Shown here piece after piece: positions 9,479-16,885 of a stretch of DNA of 64,000 nt (its first letter is position 1; every line of letters begins with the position of its first letter). The stretch is taken from the IMG/VR virus record IMGVR_UViG_3300009110_000335. One strand, 5' to 3'. The translations under genes were made by a program, and so were the position numbers. The notes beneath the pieces are model-generated. The model made no database searches, was not told the DNA's origin, and worked only from the letters and a program-made list of their open reading frames with translations. The stretch comes from a virus.

Positions 9479-9607
9479 ATGCAGATGCAACAAACAGATG
9501 ATGAAAACGGTTCTCTAGGCATGAGTGTATGTAATTCGTGCCTAGAACCGACCGGTTGTACCGACGGGTACCCCAATGTTCATATGTGTTTTGTACGTAG
9601 TAGTTGA
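9479..9607 (+). CDS. 42-aa Cys-rich microprotein
   Basis: MQMQQTDDENGSLGMSVCNSCLEPTGCTDGYPNVHMCFVRSS. Its stop abuts the next ATG, and TTTTATA lies upstream at 9452-9458. Confidence 0.45.
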   Translation: MQMQQTDDENGSLGMSVCNSCLEPTGCTDGYPNVHMCFVRSS

Positions 9608-10084
9608 ATGAAACCACAAAAACAAGAAGATATACTGTTAGTAGCAGAGAGTTTTTTTCATCTGGATACTGACAAAGATGCATACGCCAAAGGATTGACG
9701 TTAAGGCATGACCTAGAACTCAGGAACTCAACTCTTGGGAAAAGGAAGTACAAACTGTATACAAGAAACGACAAATTAGCAACCGACATGATCAAGCGCT
9801 TGGGTACACCGACTGAGGAAATACCTGATGCCAAATGTATTGTACTTGGTAAACACCTAATGATTCCTGATCCAGATAATAGACCAAGAACTGAAGAACC
9901 GTTATGTAATCATGACTTTAGACAGCTTGCAGGATTCAATGCCTATGTCTGTAACAAGTGTAATGGAATAAGCGAAGATGGAATAACCACAACTGCAAGA
10001 GTGGAAGTCACGAGTGGTAAGAAAACAGCAGTGATTGAGGACATCGGCGGTGTAGTCACAGTATCACCAAAGAAAGAAAAGTAG
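9608..10084 (+). CDS. Hypothetical protein with Zn-ribbon (CNH...CNKC)
   Basis: 158-aa ORF on the coding strand. Confidence 0.65.
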   Translation: MKPQKQEDILLVAESFFHLDTDKDAYAKGLTLRHDLELRNSTLGKRKYKLYTRNDKLATDMIKRLGTPTEEIPDAKCIVLGKHLMIPDPDNRPRTEEPLCNHDFRQLAGFNAYVCNKCNGISEDGITTTARVEVTSGKKTAVIEDIGGVVTVSPKKEK

Positions 10085-10114
10085 CAAAAGAAAGAAAACA
10101 AAGGAGGTGATAAT

Positions 10115-10420
10115 ATGATATTTGAGAAAAAAGGCACAGATGGGAAAACCAAGTTCAAAGTTGTAGTTAGTGATAAAGCATTGTTTCGATACCTTGAAAC
10201 AATAAGAAAGGCATGGAATGATCATAATCATGATGCGTTTCTGTATGAAAGACAACGAGCATATGACCATGAAGAACTTTTGAAACATTTGAAAGGCAGG
10301 ATTAGTTTTAATTATAAAGAAAATCTGTACGGATTAAAATCTAGAGAGGCTATGCAAATGATAATGGACTGGATAGACAAAGAAATAGGAATAGGGGATA
10401 GAGAACAGTATGGAAGTTAA
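10115..10420 (+). CDS. Hypothetical protein
   Basis: 101-aa ORF preceded by the SD-like GGAGGTGA. Confidence 0.7.
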   Translation: MIFEKKGTDGKTKFKVVVSDKALFRYLETIRKAWNDHNHDAFLYERQRAYDHEELLKHLKGRISFNYKENLYGLKSREAMQMIMDWIDKEIGIGDREQYGS

Positions 10421-10579
10421 AGAAAGAAAAAGTAGGCAAAAAGAAAGAAAAGGGTAGTAGTTCAGGGGGACCTGAACAATAAAAATTTGGACCGAAAGCA
10501 AGCGTAAGTGGGGGCGTATATATAAGCAGGCATGTACGGTTAGGCACACGTTTAAGTAGTCTAGGCATAGGCATTAGGT

Positions 10580-10750
10580 ATGGTCAAGTTCTATAACATG
10601 TACTTACGAGTTAAAGAGGACGTTCCTGATAAGGATGTATCAGCCAAGAAGTTACCAAACGGTAGATTCCAACTGATAGGAAAATCCAAGAAATCACCAG
10701 GAAAGAAACTGTATAAATTCGCAAGTGCAGAAGATGCAAAGAAATACTAG
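10580..10750 (+). CDS. 56-aa basic CC1-like archaeal chromatin/nucleoid protein
   Basis: MVKFYNMYLRVKEDVPDKDVSAKKLPNGRFQLIGKSKKSPGKKLYKFASAEDAKKY. The KFY...G...G.K.Y pattern resembles Thermoproteales CC1 as I recall it. TTTAAGT ends 23 nt upstream. Confidence 0.55.
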   Translation: MVKFYNMYLRVKEDVPDKDVSAKKLPNGRFQLIGKSKKSPGKKLYKFASAEDAKKY

Positions 10751-10780
10751 TTTTATAAATAAGCATGTGGAAGGATAGAC

Positions 10781-10900
10781 ATGCCTATTGTAAAAAAGAC
10801 AAAGTCTGGTTTTAAGGTTATACACAAGTATACGGGAAAAACACTCATGACAACTAAATCGAAAGCGAAGGCTTATGCCAGAAAAAATAAAGGATACTAG
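10781..10900 (+). CDS. 39-aa Lys-rich basic microprotein
   Basis: MPIVKKTKSGFKVIHKYTGKTLMTTKSKAKAYARKNKGY, with TTTTATA ending 24 nt upstream. Confidence 0.65.
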   Translation: MPIVKKTKSGFKVIHKYTGKTLMTTKSKAKAYARKNKGY

Positions 10901-11030
10901 TTCCGTAGGAACGAAGATAACAAAGGATAGCCTAGAGGCTGACAGGGTTGATACATTATTGAGACAATATGAAACAGGTACAATTACCCGCGCAGATTAT
11001 TATAGGAAGTTGAAGGAGTATAGGGTGTGA
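10875..11030 (+). CDS. 51-aa protein with SHOCT-like C-terminus
   Basis: LLRQYETGTITRADYYRKLKEY resembles the SHOCT pattern. Confidence 0.4.
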   Translation: MPEKIKDTSSVGTKITKDSLEADRVDTLLRQYETGTITRADYYRKLKEYRV

Positions 11031-11046
11031 ATATGATTTTAGAGAT

Positions 11047-11205
11047 ATGGAGTTGTGTCGCAAAATGAGAAAATACGGAAACACCGGAGTATCGATGCGA
11101 GAGATCGCGAAGGTGGCAGGAGTGACGACAAGTACGTTGATGGCAAGTGTGCGTTTGTTAGAACCATACTTTGATGAATTAGAAGAGAAAAGCCCAAAAA
11201 TTTAA
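11047..11205 (+). CDS. 52-aa helix-turn-helix DNA-binding protein
   Basis: GVSMREIAKVAGVTTSTL is a canonical HTH motif. Confidence 0.6.
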   Translation: MELCRKMRKYGNTGVSMREIAKVAGVTTSTLMASVRLLEPYFDELEEKSPKI

Positions 11206-11212
11206 TTTTATA
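11199..11212 (+). promoter_or_regulatory. Class-1 promoter AATTTAATTTTATA
   Basis: Exact motif ending 24 nt before the ATG at 11236. Confidence 0.75.
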
Positions 11213-11235
11213 CGGAAGGCTATACTGTACAATAC

Positions 11236-14200
11236 ATGAGTGTAAGGTCGGGACCGCGAGGTGTAGGCAAAGGGGGAAGCCGTACGACATATGATAGTAT
11301 AGTACAAAAACAGGCTAGTTCCGTAGGAACAATCGGGACCGTAAGCGAAGCACCGAAAGCCCCAACGAAGAAACCGTTAAGCGTGAACACGCTAATGGGA
11401 CAGGCGCATGGGGATACAAGTAATACAGTTGCGTTTGCAGAGGGATTCAAGAATCAGGCTATGGATTATCAGGGTATAGTGAATCATGATTATCAGCATA
11501 AGGCTATCGCTAATATCGCAATGGAGAAAGCGTTCGCTGGGGACTGGGCAGGTGCCGGACAGATAATACAAGAGAATCCAGCTAGGTTCGCAGGGAACAT
11601 TGCCTTTGAGGCTGCAACTGCAGCCATACCAGTAGGAACCGTTATGAAATCAACCAAAGTTGGAAGAATGATAGCACAGCAAGCTGTACCGAGAGCGACA
11701 CAATTCGTAAGATCCGCTGCCGTGGATGTCGTAAGGAATGTTGGTGGTGCTGGGTTGTATGCAGCAGATGTCATATCATCAAAGATTCCTTTCCTGAAAC
11801 CTGCGTTTGCACAGGGCGTCAATGTGACCCCCGAATCATATATAGCTGATGTTGGATACGAGTCCGCAGAGAGATCACTGCGACGTTCCATTGGTAATCA
11901 AGACGATGATATAGCTAGGATATCAAGAGAGATAGATGAGATAGATAACGCACCACCGGAGGTTCGTAAGGCTCTTGCTATTGAGAGAGCTGACCTAGTC
12001 AATGAAGCAGAAAATGTTCTAGGATTGGATAAACAATTCACAAAATCCGCCCATGCGCCAAGGAGTCATTCCCCAACTTATTTGGAAATGCCAAGGGGAG
12101 AGAACTTCGAATTGTTAACATCAACGATACAAAAATTACCAACACCACTCAGGACGTCGCGGGCGATTGCAGGAGAGCAAACAATGGCAGAAGAGATTAT
12201 GAAACACCCATACATAAACAAACTTTATGCACAAATCAAGAATGATCCGAAAGTAGTTAGTTTAGGGCAAGATGAAAAACTACAAGATCTGACAACCATC
12301 GCATTCAAGAGATATTATACAACAGAAAAACAACATCCATGGATTGACCCATCAAAAAATAGATATTTTATGGAAAGTGACATACTTGGGCATACAGATG
12401 ATTATGGTGGATGGGCGAAAACGTTCGATCCAGGAGCAGGTAATGTAATTGTCAGATCTCAGACCGCTGATTCTGTGGGAATGTCACAATACCTACAGCA
12501 TTCCCCTGGAAGTTGGTCAAGTCTTTTTTCAAGACAGCGAGACCTCCCTGTAAAATTCCAATTCTACAAGCAACAATCACTAGATTCAGTGGGTAGGTAT
12601 GGTGACATGTGGGCGTTTGGTGACCCTCTAAGCCCACCAACACTTGGTCAAACATTCAATGAGATACAACAGAAGATTATGGGAAGAATCAACATTGGTA
12701 GACAGAAAGCAAATCCTACCGCTGCAACAGCTAGTGGAAGAGCCGGAGATAAGGCACTTGAAGAAGAGTTCGGAATAAAGATATTCAGAGGTGGTGATTC
12801 AACAGAACTTGCTCTTACTGGACATGGTGATACTATGATCGAGAATATACAAAAGACTACACTTGGACACGTCAATTTCGCTACCGAAGGTCAGTATAAG
12901 ACATTTTTTGATCCTACAATGGATGTTGCTCTATCCACAGACTCACAGATTAATCGGTTTGCCAGAGACATTACGAATACCATACAACATGAGAACTTAC
13001 ACCTCATTCTAGGCAAGAACATTACAGGAGCAGCAGGGAAGGCAATGGATGATATAATGTATAATCAGGCATACAGGACTAACTACCCACATGTTAGTAA
13101 ATCAGTAGAAAAAGGAATACCCGTAGTGGATCCATCAGTTCCATTATCAAAGGCAAATGCATGGGATCCATCGGTAGTGGGCATACCAACGGTTCAGAAG
13201 CTTGGTGGGGGTGAAGCTGGAAGTTATGGAATTGCACAGCTCGATGAGGTATATGGTAAACCCAGTGTCTTGGAAGCTCCTGGAGATATATCATACCTCA
13301 GACGTGTTTATGAGTTAACATCGAAAACCCCTCTGCACAGTGCTGGCAGTCAACCAGGTATGGGAACAGTATTTGAAAAAACATGGGAAAGAATGCGTCT
13401 GGGTGTCGTACCAATTGGTGGAGTGACGAAAGGCGCTAAAGCATTTGGTGGTCAAACATTCAATGAAGGTCTCTCTCTCAACGTACTTGGTACAGTAAGC
13501 AAAACAGGTGGTGGGGCACATCTGCAAACGGCAGGTAAAGAAATGGTCAGTGTTCCAATGGACTCAACTATGTGGAAGTCAATAATGGAAACAACCGCCC
13601 CAGGTGGCAAGCGACAGCAGGAGAGATTGAATGTATTTTTTAGAGATTCTGATGATTATCTGAAAGTGGCAAGCGATCCATTCAAAACAAAAGAAATGGT
13701 CATCCCAGTGAGACACCAAACCAGTCCAACAAGAATGTCCACACAATTCACGATATCACAAATGAGACAGCCGAGCAAGTATATGAGTAAAGCAGTTGCA
13801 AGAAGAGTGAAGGGACGACTGAGATATCTAAAGCGGAGGGAAGGAGACGTTCCGGTGGAAAAGACACGTATGTTCGCTGACAGTGGAGTTATATTTCCAG
13901 AGCAGACTATGGCGTTTGCATCAGATCCAAATAGTGTAAGTAGGTATGTCGGTGCAATTGGGTCTGGTAATATTAAAATGGGCAAACAACCAGGTATTGG
14001 TAATGCCCCAGTGAGTAGATATGCCCAACAGGAAACTGAACGAGCGAATAAGGGGGTAGAAGAGGTAATGGCAATGTATGGAATACCATCAACCAAAAAA
14101 ACACTAAAAAAAGTATTTGAAGAGGGTCCTGCTGGTGGGCGTAATTTTTACCCTGAAGTACCAATGAAAACATTGAGTGGGCGAAAAGTTGGATATCTGC

Positions 14201-14610
14201 ACATGTTTGAAGGTATTGGTGGATTTGAGATACATGGATCACCAGTGATGAAAGAAATAATCTCTGCACAAAAGAGATTACCAAAAAAGACACCAAGAAA
14301 TATCCAGACAACTAATCAGACATTCATTGATCCTACCGCTGCACCACCATTACTAAGACGTCTACTGAAACAGGACGCTGATATGTACAAATTTGCAAGA
14401 AAGCAGTATAGAAAAGAAAAGACGAAAGAGGTAGCCATGAGAGGAATGGTTATTGGTGGTGGTCTGTTGGGATCAAAGTCTATGTTAGCAGGATCGATGG
14501 GTGTGATTGGGGCCCATAATAAAAAGAAACAGAAACAAAAGTTTGAGGATATATGGTGGCGTGATGACAAGGCATGGAATGAATCCTTCAAGACTCAGCC
14601 ATGGCGTTAA
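11236..14610 (+). CDS. Large hypothetical (putative internal virion) protein
   Basis: 1124 aa, G/A/K-rich with a basic C-terminus. I recognised no catalytic motif. It has a class-1 promoter. Confidence 0.75.
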   Translation: MSVRSGPRGVGKGGSRTTYDSIVQKQASSVGTIGTVSEAPKAPTKKPLSVNTLMGQAHGDTSNTVAFAEGFKNQAMDYQGIVNHDYQHKAIANIAMEKAFAGDWAGAGQIIQENPARFAGNIAFEAATAAIPVGTVMKSTKVGRMIAQQAVPRATQFVRSAAVDVVRNVGGAGLYAADVISSKIPFLKPAFAQGVNVTPESYIADVGYESAERSLRRSIGNQDDDIARISREIDEIDNAPPEVRKALAIERADLVNEAENVLGLDKQFTKSAHAPRSHSPTYLEMPRGENFELLTSTIQKLPTPLRTSRAIAGEQTMAEEIMKHPYINKLYAQIKNDPKVVSLGQDEKLQDLTTIAFKRYYTTEKQHPWIDPSKNRYFMESDILGHTDDYGGWAKTFDPGAGNVIVRSQTADSVGMSQYLQHSPGSWSSLFSRQRDLPVKFQFYKQQSLDSVGRYGDMWAFGDPLSPPTLGQTFNEIQQKIMGRINIGRQKANPTAATASGRAGDKALEEEFGIKIFRGGDSTELALTGHGDTMIENIQKTTLGHVNFATEGQYKTFFDPTMDVALSTDSQINRFARDITNTIQHENLHLILGKNITGAAGKAMDDIMYNQAYRTNYPHVSKSVEKGIPVVDPSVPLSKANAWDPSVVGIPTVQKLGGGEAGSYGIAQLDEVYGKPSVLEAPGDISYLRRVYELTSKTPLHSAGSQPGMGTVFEKTWERMRLGVVPIGGVTKGAKAFGGQTFNEGLSLNVLGTVSKTGGGAHLQTAGKEMVSVPMDSTMWKSIMETTAPGGKRQQERLNVFFRDSDDYLKVASDPFKTKEMVIPVRHQTSPTRMSTQFTISQMRQPSKYMSKAVARRVKGRLRYLKRREGDVPVEKTRMFADSGVIFPEQTMAFASDPNSVSRYVGAIGSGNIKMGKQPGIGNAPVSRYAQQETERANKGVEEVMAMYGIPSTKKTLKKVFEEGPAGGRNFYPEVPMKTLSGRKVGYLHMFEGIGGFEIHGSPVMKEIISAQKRLPKKTPRNIQTTNQTFIDPTAAPPLLRRLLKQDADMYKFARKQYRKEKTKEVAMRGMVIGGGLLGSKSMLAGSMGVIGAHNKKKQKQKFEDIWWRDDKAWNESFKTQPWR

Positions 14611-14646
14611 CCTTATTCTTATACACTAGGTCAGATCAGAGAAGTC

Positions 14647-14877
14647 ATGGCAAGAATAGATAACTACATGATTGTCATTACTATTGGTATTGTTCTATTA
14701 GCGCTGGCTCCATTCTTTTCACCTACAATAGAATGGGAGAAGGAGAAGGCTGTTGAACGTGTAGCACAAGCTGAGATGAACGAAAAGAAATACTTTGATG
14801 GGTTGAACGAGAACATTGCGGAAGCTAAGGAAAAGGTCCGAGATCTGATGGCGGAACATGAGGCAGCGAACCCATGA
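14647..14877 (+). CDS. Small single-TM coiled-coil protein
   Basis: N-terminal TM segment and charged helical tail; TTCTTATA ends 24 nt upstream. Confidence 0.7.
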   Translation: MARIDNYMIVITIGIVLLALAPFFSPTIEWEKEKAVERVAQAEMNEKKYFDGLNENIAEAKEKVRDLMAEHEAANP

Positions 14878-14999
14878 GTATTGAATCGATACTAATCATG
14901 ATTGGATTCGGTGTTCTGATTGGAATAAGCGTATTCACATTTTGGAGAGTTGAACAGTTCATAGACAAACACAGTAAGCAGAAAAAGAACCAAATTTAA
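14874..14999 (+). CDS. 41-aa single-TM protein
   Basis: MSIESILIMIGFGVLIGISVFTFWRVEQF...; ATGA overlap with the upstream ORF. Confidence 0.6.
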   Translation: MSIESILIMIGFGVLIGISVFTFWRVEQFIDKHSKQKKNQI

Positions 15000-15006
15000 T
15001 TTTATA
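14993..15006 (+). promoter_or_regulatory. Class-1 promoter AATTTAATTTTATA
   Basis: Exact motif ending 24 nt before the ATG at 15030. Confidence 0.7.
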
Positions 15007-15029
15007 AGAACAGTGTGTATGGATAAATC

Positions 15030-15134
15030 ATGCAATGTCGCACATGTTGGAAAGCAACCGAAGATGCAAAGCCATACAAAGGTGAATGGACGTGTGAAAG
15101 ATGTATCACGAAGTATGAAAAGTACCAAAATTAA
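15030..15134 (+). CDS. 34-aa CxxC-CxxC Zn-finger microprotein
   Basis: MQCRTCWKATEDAKPYKGEWTCERCITKYEKYQN, with its own promoter at canonical spacing. Confidence 0.6.
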   Translation: MQCRTCWKATEDAKPYKGEWTCERCITKYEKYQN

Positions 15135-15166
15135 ATTTTTATATCTATGTTTGTGGTAATATGGTC

Positions 15167-15271
15167 ATGATGAATTTGTTCTTCTTGGCATTTGTGACCA
15201 AAGCAGTAACAAAATCCACAAATGGTACCGCCAACCTCATGAGTAAAATGGCAGGAAAATGGACTAAGTAA
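15167..15271 (+). CDS. 34-aa amphipathic micropeptide
   Basis: MMNLFFLAFVTKAVTKSTNGTANLMSKMAGKWTK; TTTTATA ends 24 nt upstream. Confidence 0.55.
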   Translation: MMNLFFLAFVTKAVTKSTNGTANLMSKMAGKWTK

Positions 15272-15273
15272 CC

Positions 15274-15381
15274 ATGGGTCTATCTGATATGATGTCATTC
15301 TTGGTTACCAAACCAGCCGAGAAGGCAGGTAAAACTGGAGGAAAGGTGTCTAGTATGTTAGATGCCATAATGAATAGATGA
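15274..15381 (+). CDS. 35-aa amphipathic micropeptide
   Basis: MGLSDMMSFLVTKPAEKAGKTGGKVSSMLDAIMNR; shares an F(L)VTK motif with the previous ORF. Confidence 0.55.
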   Translation: MGLSDMMSFLVTKPAEKAGKTGGKVSSMLDAIMNR

Positions 15382-15491
15382 GAGGCGTAGCTGGTTGGCA
15401 GATGATAGGTTCTGCAATGGGATCTGTTGGAGGAATGGTAAAAAGATGTGGATCAAATATGGGTGGAATATTTGACTGGGGACGTAAATAA
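15378..15491 (+). CDS. 37-aa Gly/Met-rich amphipathic micropeptide
   Basis: MRGVAGWQMIGSAMGSVGGMVKRCGSNMGGIFDWGRK; ATGA overlap. Confidence 0.55.
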   Translation: MRGVAGWQMIGSAMGSVGGMVKRCGSNMGGIFDWGRK

Positions 15492-15503
15492 TTCAATTTT
15501 ATA
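15490..15503 (+). promoter_or_regulatory. Class-1 promoter AATTCAATTTTATA
   Basis: One-mismatch motif ending 24 nt before the ATG at 15527. Confidence 0.7.
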
Positions 15504-15526
15504 AGTATCCTTACGCTGTTAATTAC

Positions 15527-16555
15527 ATGGTCAGTGGTAGAAAACATAAAGCTGGTTCTATAAAAAAGAAGCATACACGGGCTCAAGCTAGAAAGCAATC
15601 AGCCCCAGCTAAAGTCTACAAGAAACCATCTCATCGTGCACCACAAACTCCTAAACAACATACAATTGGAGGGTTTACAGATGGGGTGGCACATGGTATT
15701 ATGCCTCCAGCTTATGGTGACTCACCACCAGGCACATTGGCAGCAACCCCACAAATTATTGGGTACGCTGCTAGTGGTATTAAGGGACTTGCAAAAGGGG
15801 CAGATGAGATATTTTCTATGTTCCGTAAAAATGAATTACAGAAACTCTTCAATCAAGATAAGATAACTCCTAAACAATTGGATGCAATTAAAGCATCACC
15901 TAATCCAGATGCAGCAGCAGACGCATTAATCAAAAGTAAATTTGTGAAAGGATACACAGGTGCATTTGGCGATAAGCGATATATGCAATCAAACAAGGCT
16001 GCACCTGAACAAAGATTTGACTCAAGAAACGCACCTTCTGCACCATGGGAAAGACAACCAGCAACACAGGCACAAATGACAACGATACGTGAACAAGAAG
16101 GAACGTTGTTAAGACAAGGACTAAAACAAGGCGATCTCGCTACACTCGACGCAACACTTCCATTCCTTAACAAAGCAGAAGCAAGTAATATCATAAAGAA
16201 TCAAAAGAATTTATTAAGCGGAGGTCTCAATCTGGATCCTCAGGGTATAGGAAAATCACTGCCTTCTAAACAAATAAAGGCAGGTGAAGCTTCTCCAGCG
16301 CAGTATAAAGCACTATTCAACTTGGGCAAATTATCAGGTGAATCAGGTAAGGGTATACCTGAAACAATGCTACCTATAAGCAAGAGAGAAGCCTCATACA
16401 TAATGAGTGGTGGAACATGGGACGCAGTAATGAAAGCTAGAGCGATAGGTTTGAAACCGCCAACCCCAAGACAGTCAAGACAACTTAGAAATGATGCAAA
16501 TCAAGACAAACCTTTCTGGCATTTCCCAAAGACAGGTAGCCAACACGACAATTAG
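15527..16555 (+). CDS. Basic hypothetical (putative virion) protein with repeated T/S.xQ...L...ls..EAS.I modules
   Basis: 342 aa with a K/R-rich N-terminus and 2-3 short helical repeats (PATQAQMTTI...NKAEASNII; ASPAQYKAL...SKREASYI). Confidence 0.7.
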   Translation: MVSGRKHKAGSIKKKHTRAQARKQSAPAKVYKKPSHRAPQTPKQHTIGGFTDGVAHGIMPPAYGDSPPGTLAATPQIIGYAASGIKGLAKGADEIFSMFRKNELQKLFNQDKITPKQLDAIKASPNPDAAADALIKSKFVKGYTGAFGDKRYMQSNKAAPEQRFDSRNAPSAPWERQPATQAQMTTIREQEGTLLRQGLKQGDLATLDATLPFLNKAEASNIIKNQKNLLSGGLNLDPQGIGKSLPSKQIKAGEASPAQYKALFNLGKLSGESGKGIPETMLPISKREASYIMSGGTWDAVMKARAIGLKPPTPRQSRQLRNDANQDKPFWHFPKTGSQHDN

Positions 16556-16647
16556 TTAATTCTATTTGACAATTCATTTTTATAACTATGGTAAAACTAC
16601 TCTAAAGCATGCCATCATACCGCTCATATTCTCATGCAACTACGAGA

Positions 16648-16661
16648 AATTTAATTTTATA
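16648..16661 (+). promoter_or_regulatory. Class-1 promoter AATTTAATTTTATA
   Basis: Exact motif ending 25 nt before the ATG at 16686. Confidence 0.7.
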
Positions 16662-16685
16662 TGATAGTGGTTTGCTAGATAAACC

Positions 16686-16838
16686 ATGGCAGCAAAGAAA
16701 AGACCAATCAGAAAAGGTAATCGACTTGCAGCAAACGCCCTCAAAAAGACAACCGGCGGAGCAGACAGAAGATTAAAATCTCATATGAGTGGTCATAAAA
16801 AACGAATTGGTAAAAGACTATTAGGTCACCAAGGCTAA
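16686..16838 (+). CDS. 50-aa highly basic (protamine-like) microprotein
   Basis: MAAKKRPIRKGNRLAANALKKTTGGADRRLKSHMSGHKKRIGKRLLGHQG, with its own promoter. Confidence 0.65.
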   Translation: MAAKKRPIRKGNRLAANALKKTTGGADRRLKSHMSGHKKRIGKRLLGHQG

Positions 16839-16848
16839 GCCCACTAGA

Positions 16849-16862
16849 AATTTAATTTTATA
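16849..16862 (+). promoter_or_regulatory. Class-1 promoter AATTTAATTTTATA
   Basis: Exact motif ending 24 nt before the ATG at 16886. Confidence 0.75.
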
Positions 16863-16885
16863 CGTGAGTGGGATTAGTATTAACT

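Noticed and set aside
9508-9572. Strong hairpins (CGGTTC..TAGGCA/TGCCTAGAACCG) as a separate ribozyme or ncRNA
   Set aside because: They lie inside a plausible 42-aa Cys-rich ORF that abuts the next start codon, and there is no hammerhead CUGAUGA/GAAA core.
4011-16314. Self-targeting by array spacers (aaatgggtg at 4011, taaagcact at 16306, gagaatcca at 11572)
   Set aside because: These are single 9-mer matches, expected by chance in 64 kb, and the adjacent sequence does not match the partner spacer. I only spot-checked, so an exhaustive 18-nt search is still needed.
16609-16776. 55-aa ORF after the promoter variant at 16571
   Set aside because: It overlaps the next class-1 promoter and the better-supported basic ORF 16686-16838 in another frame, and has no recognisable features.
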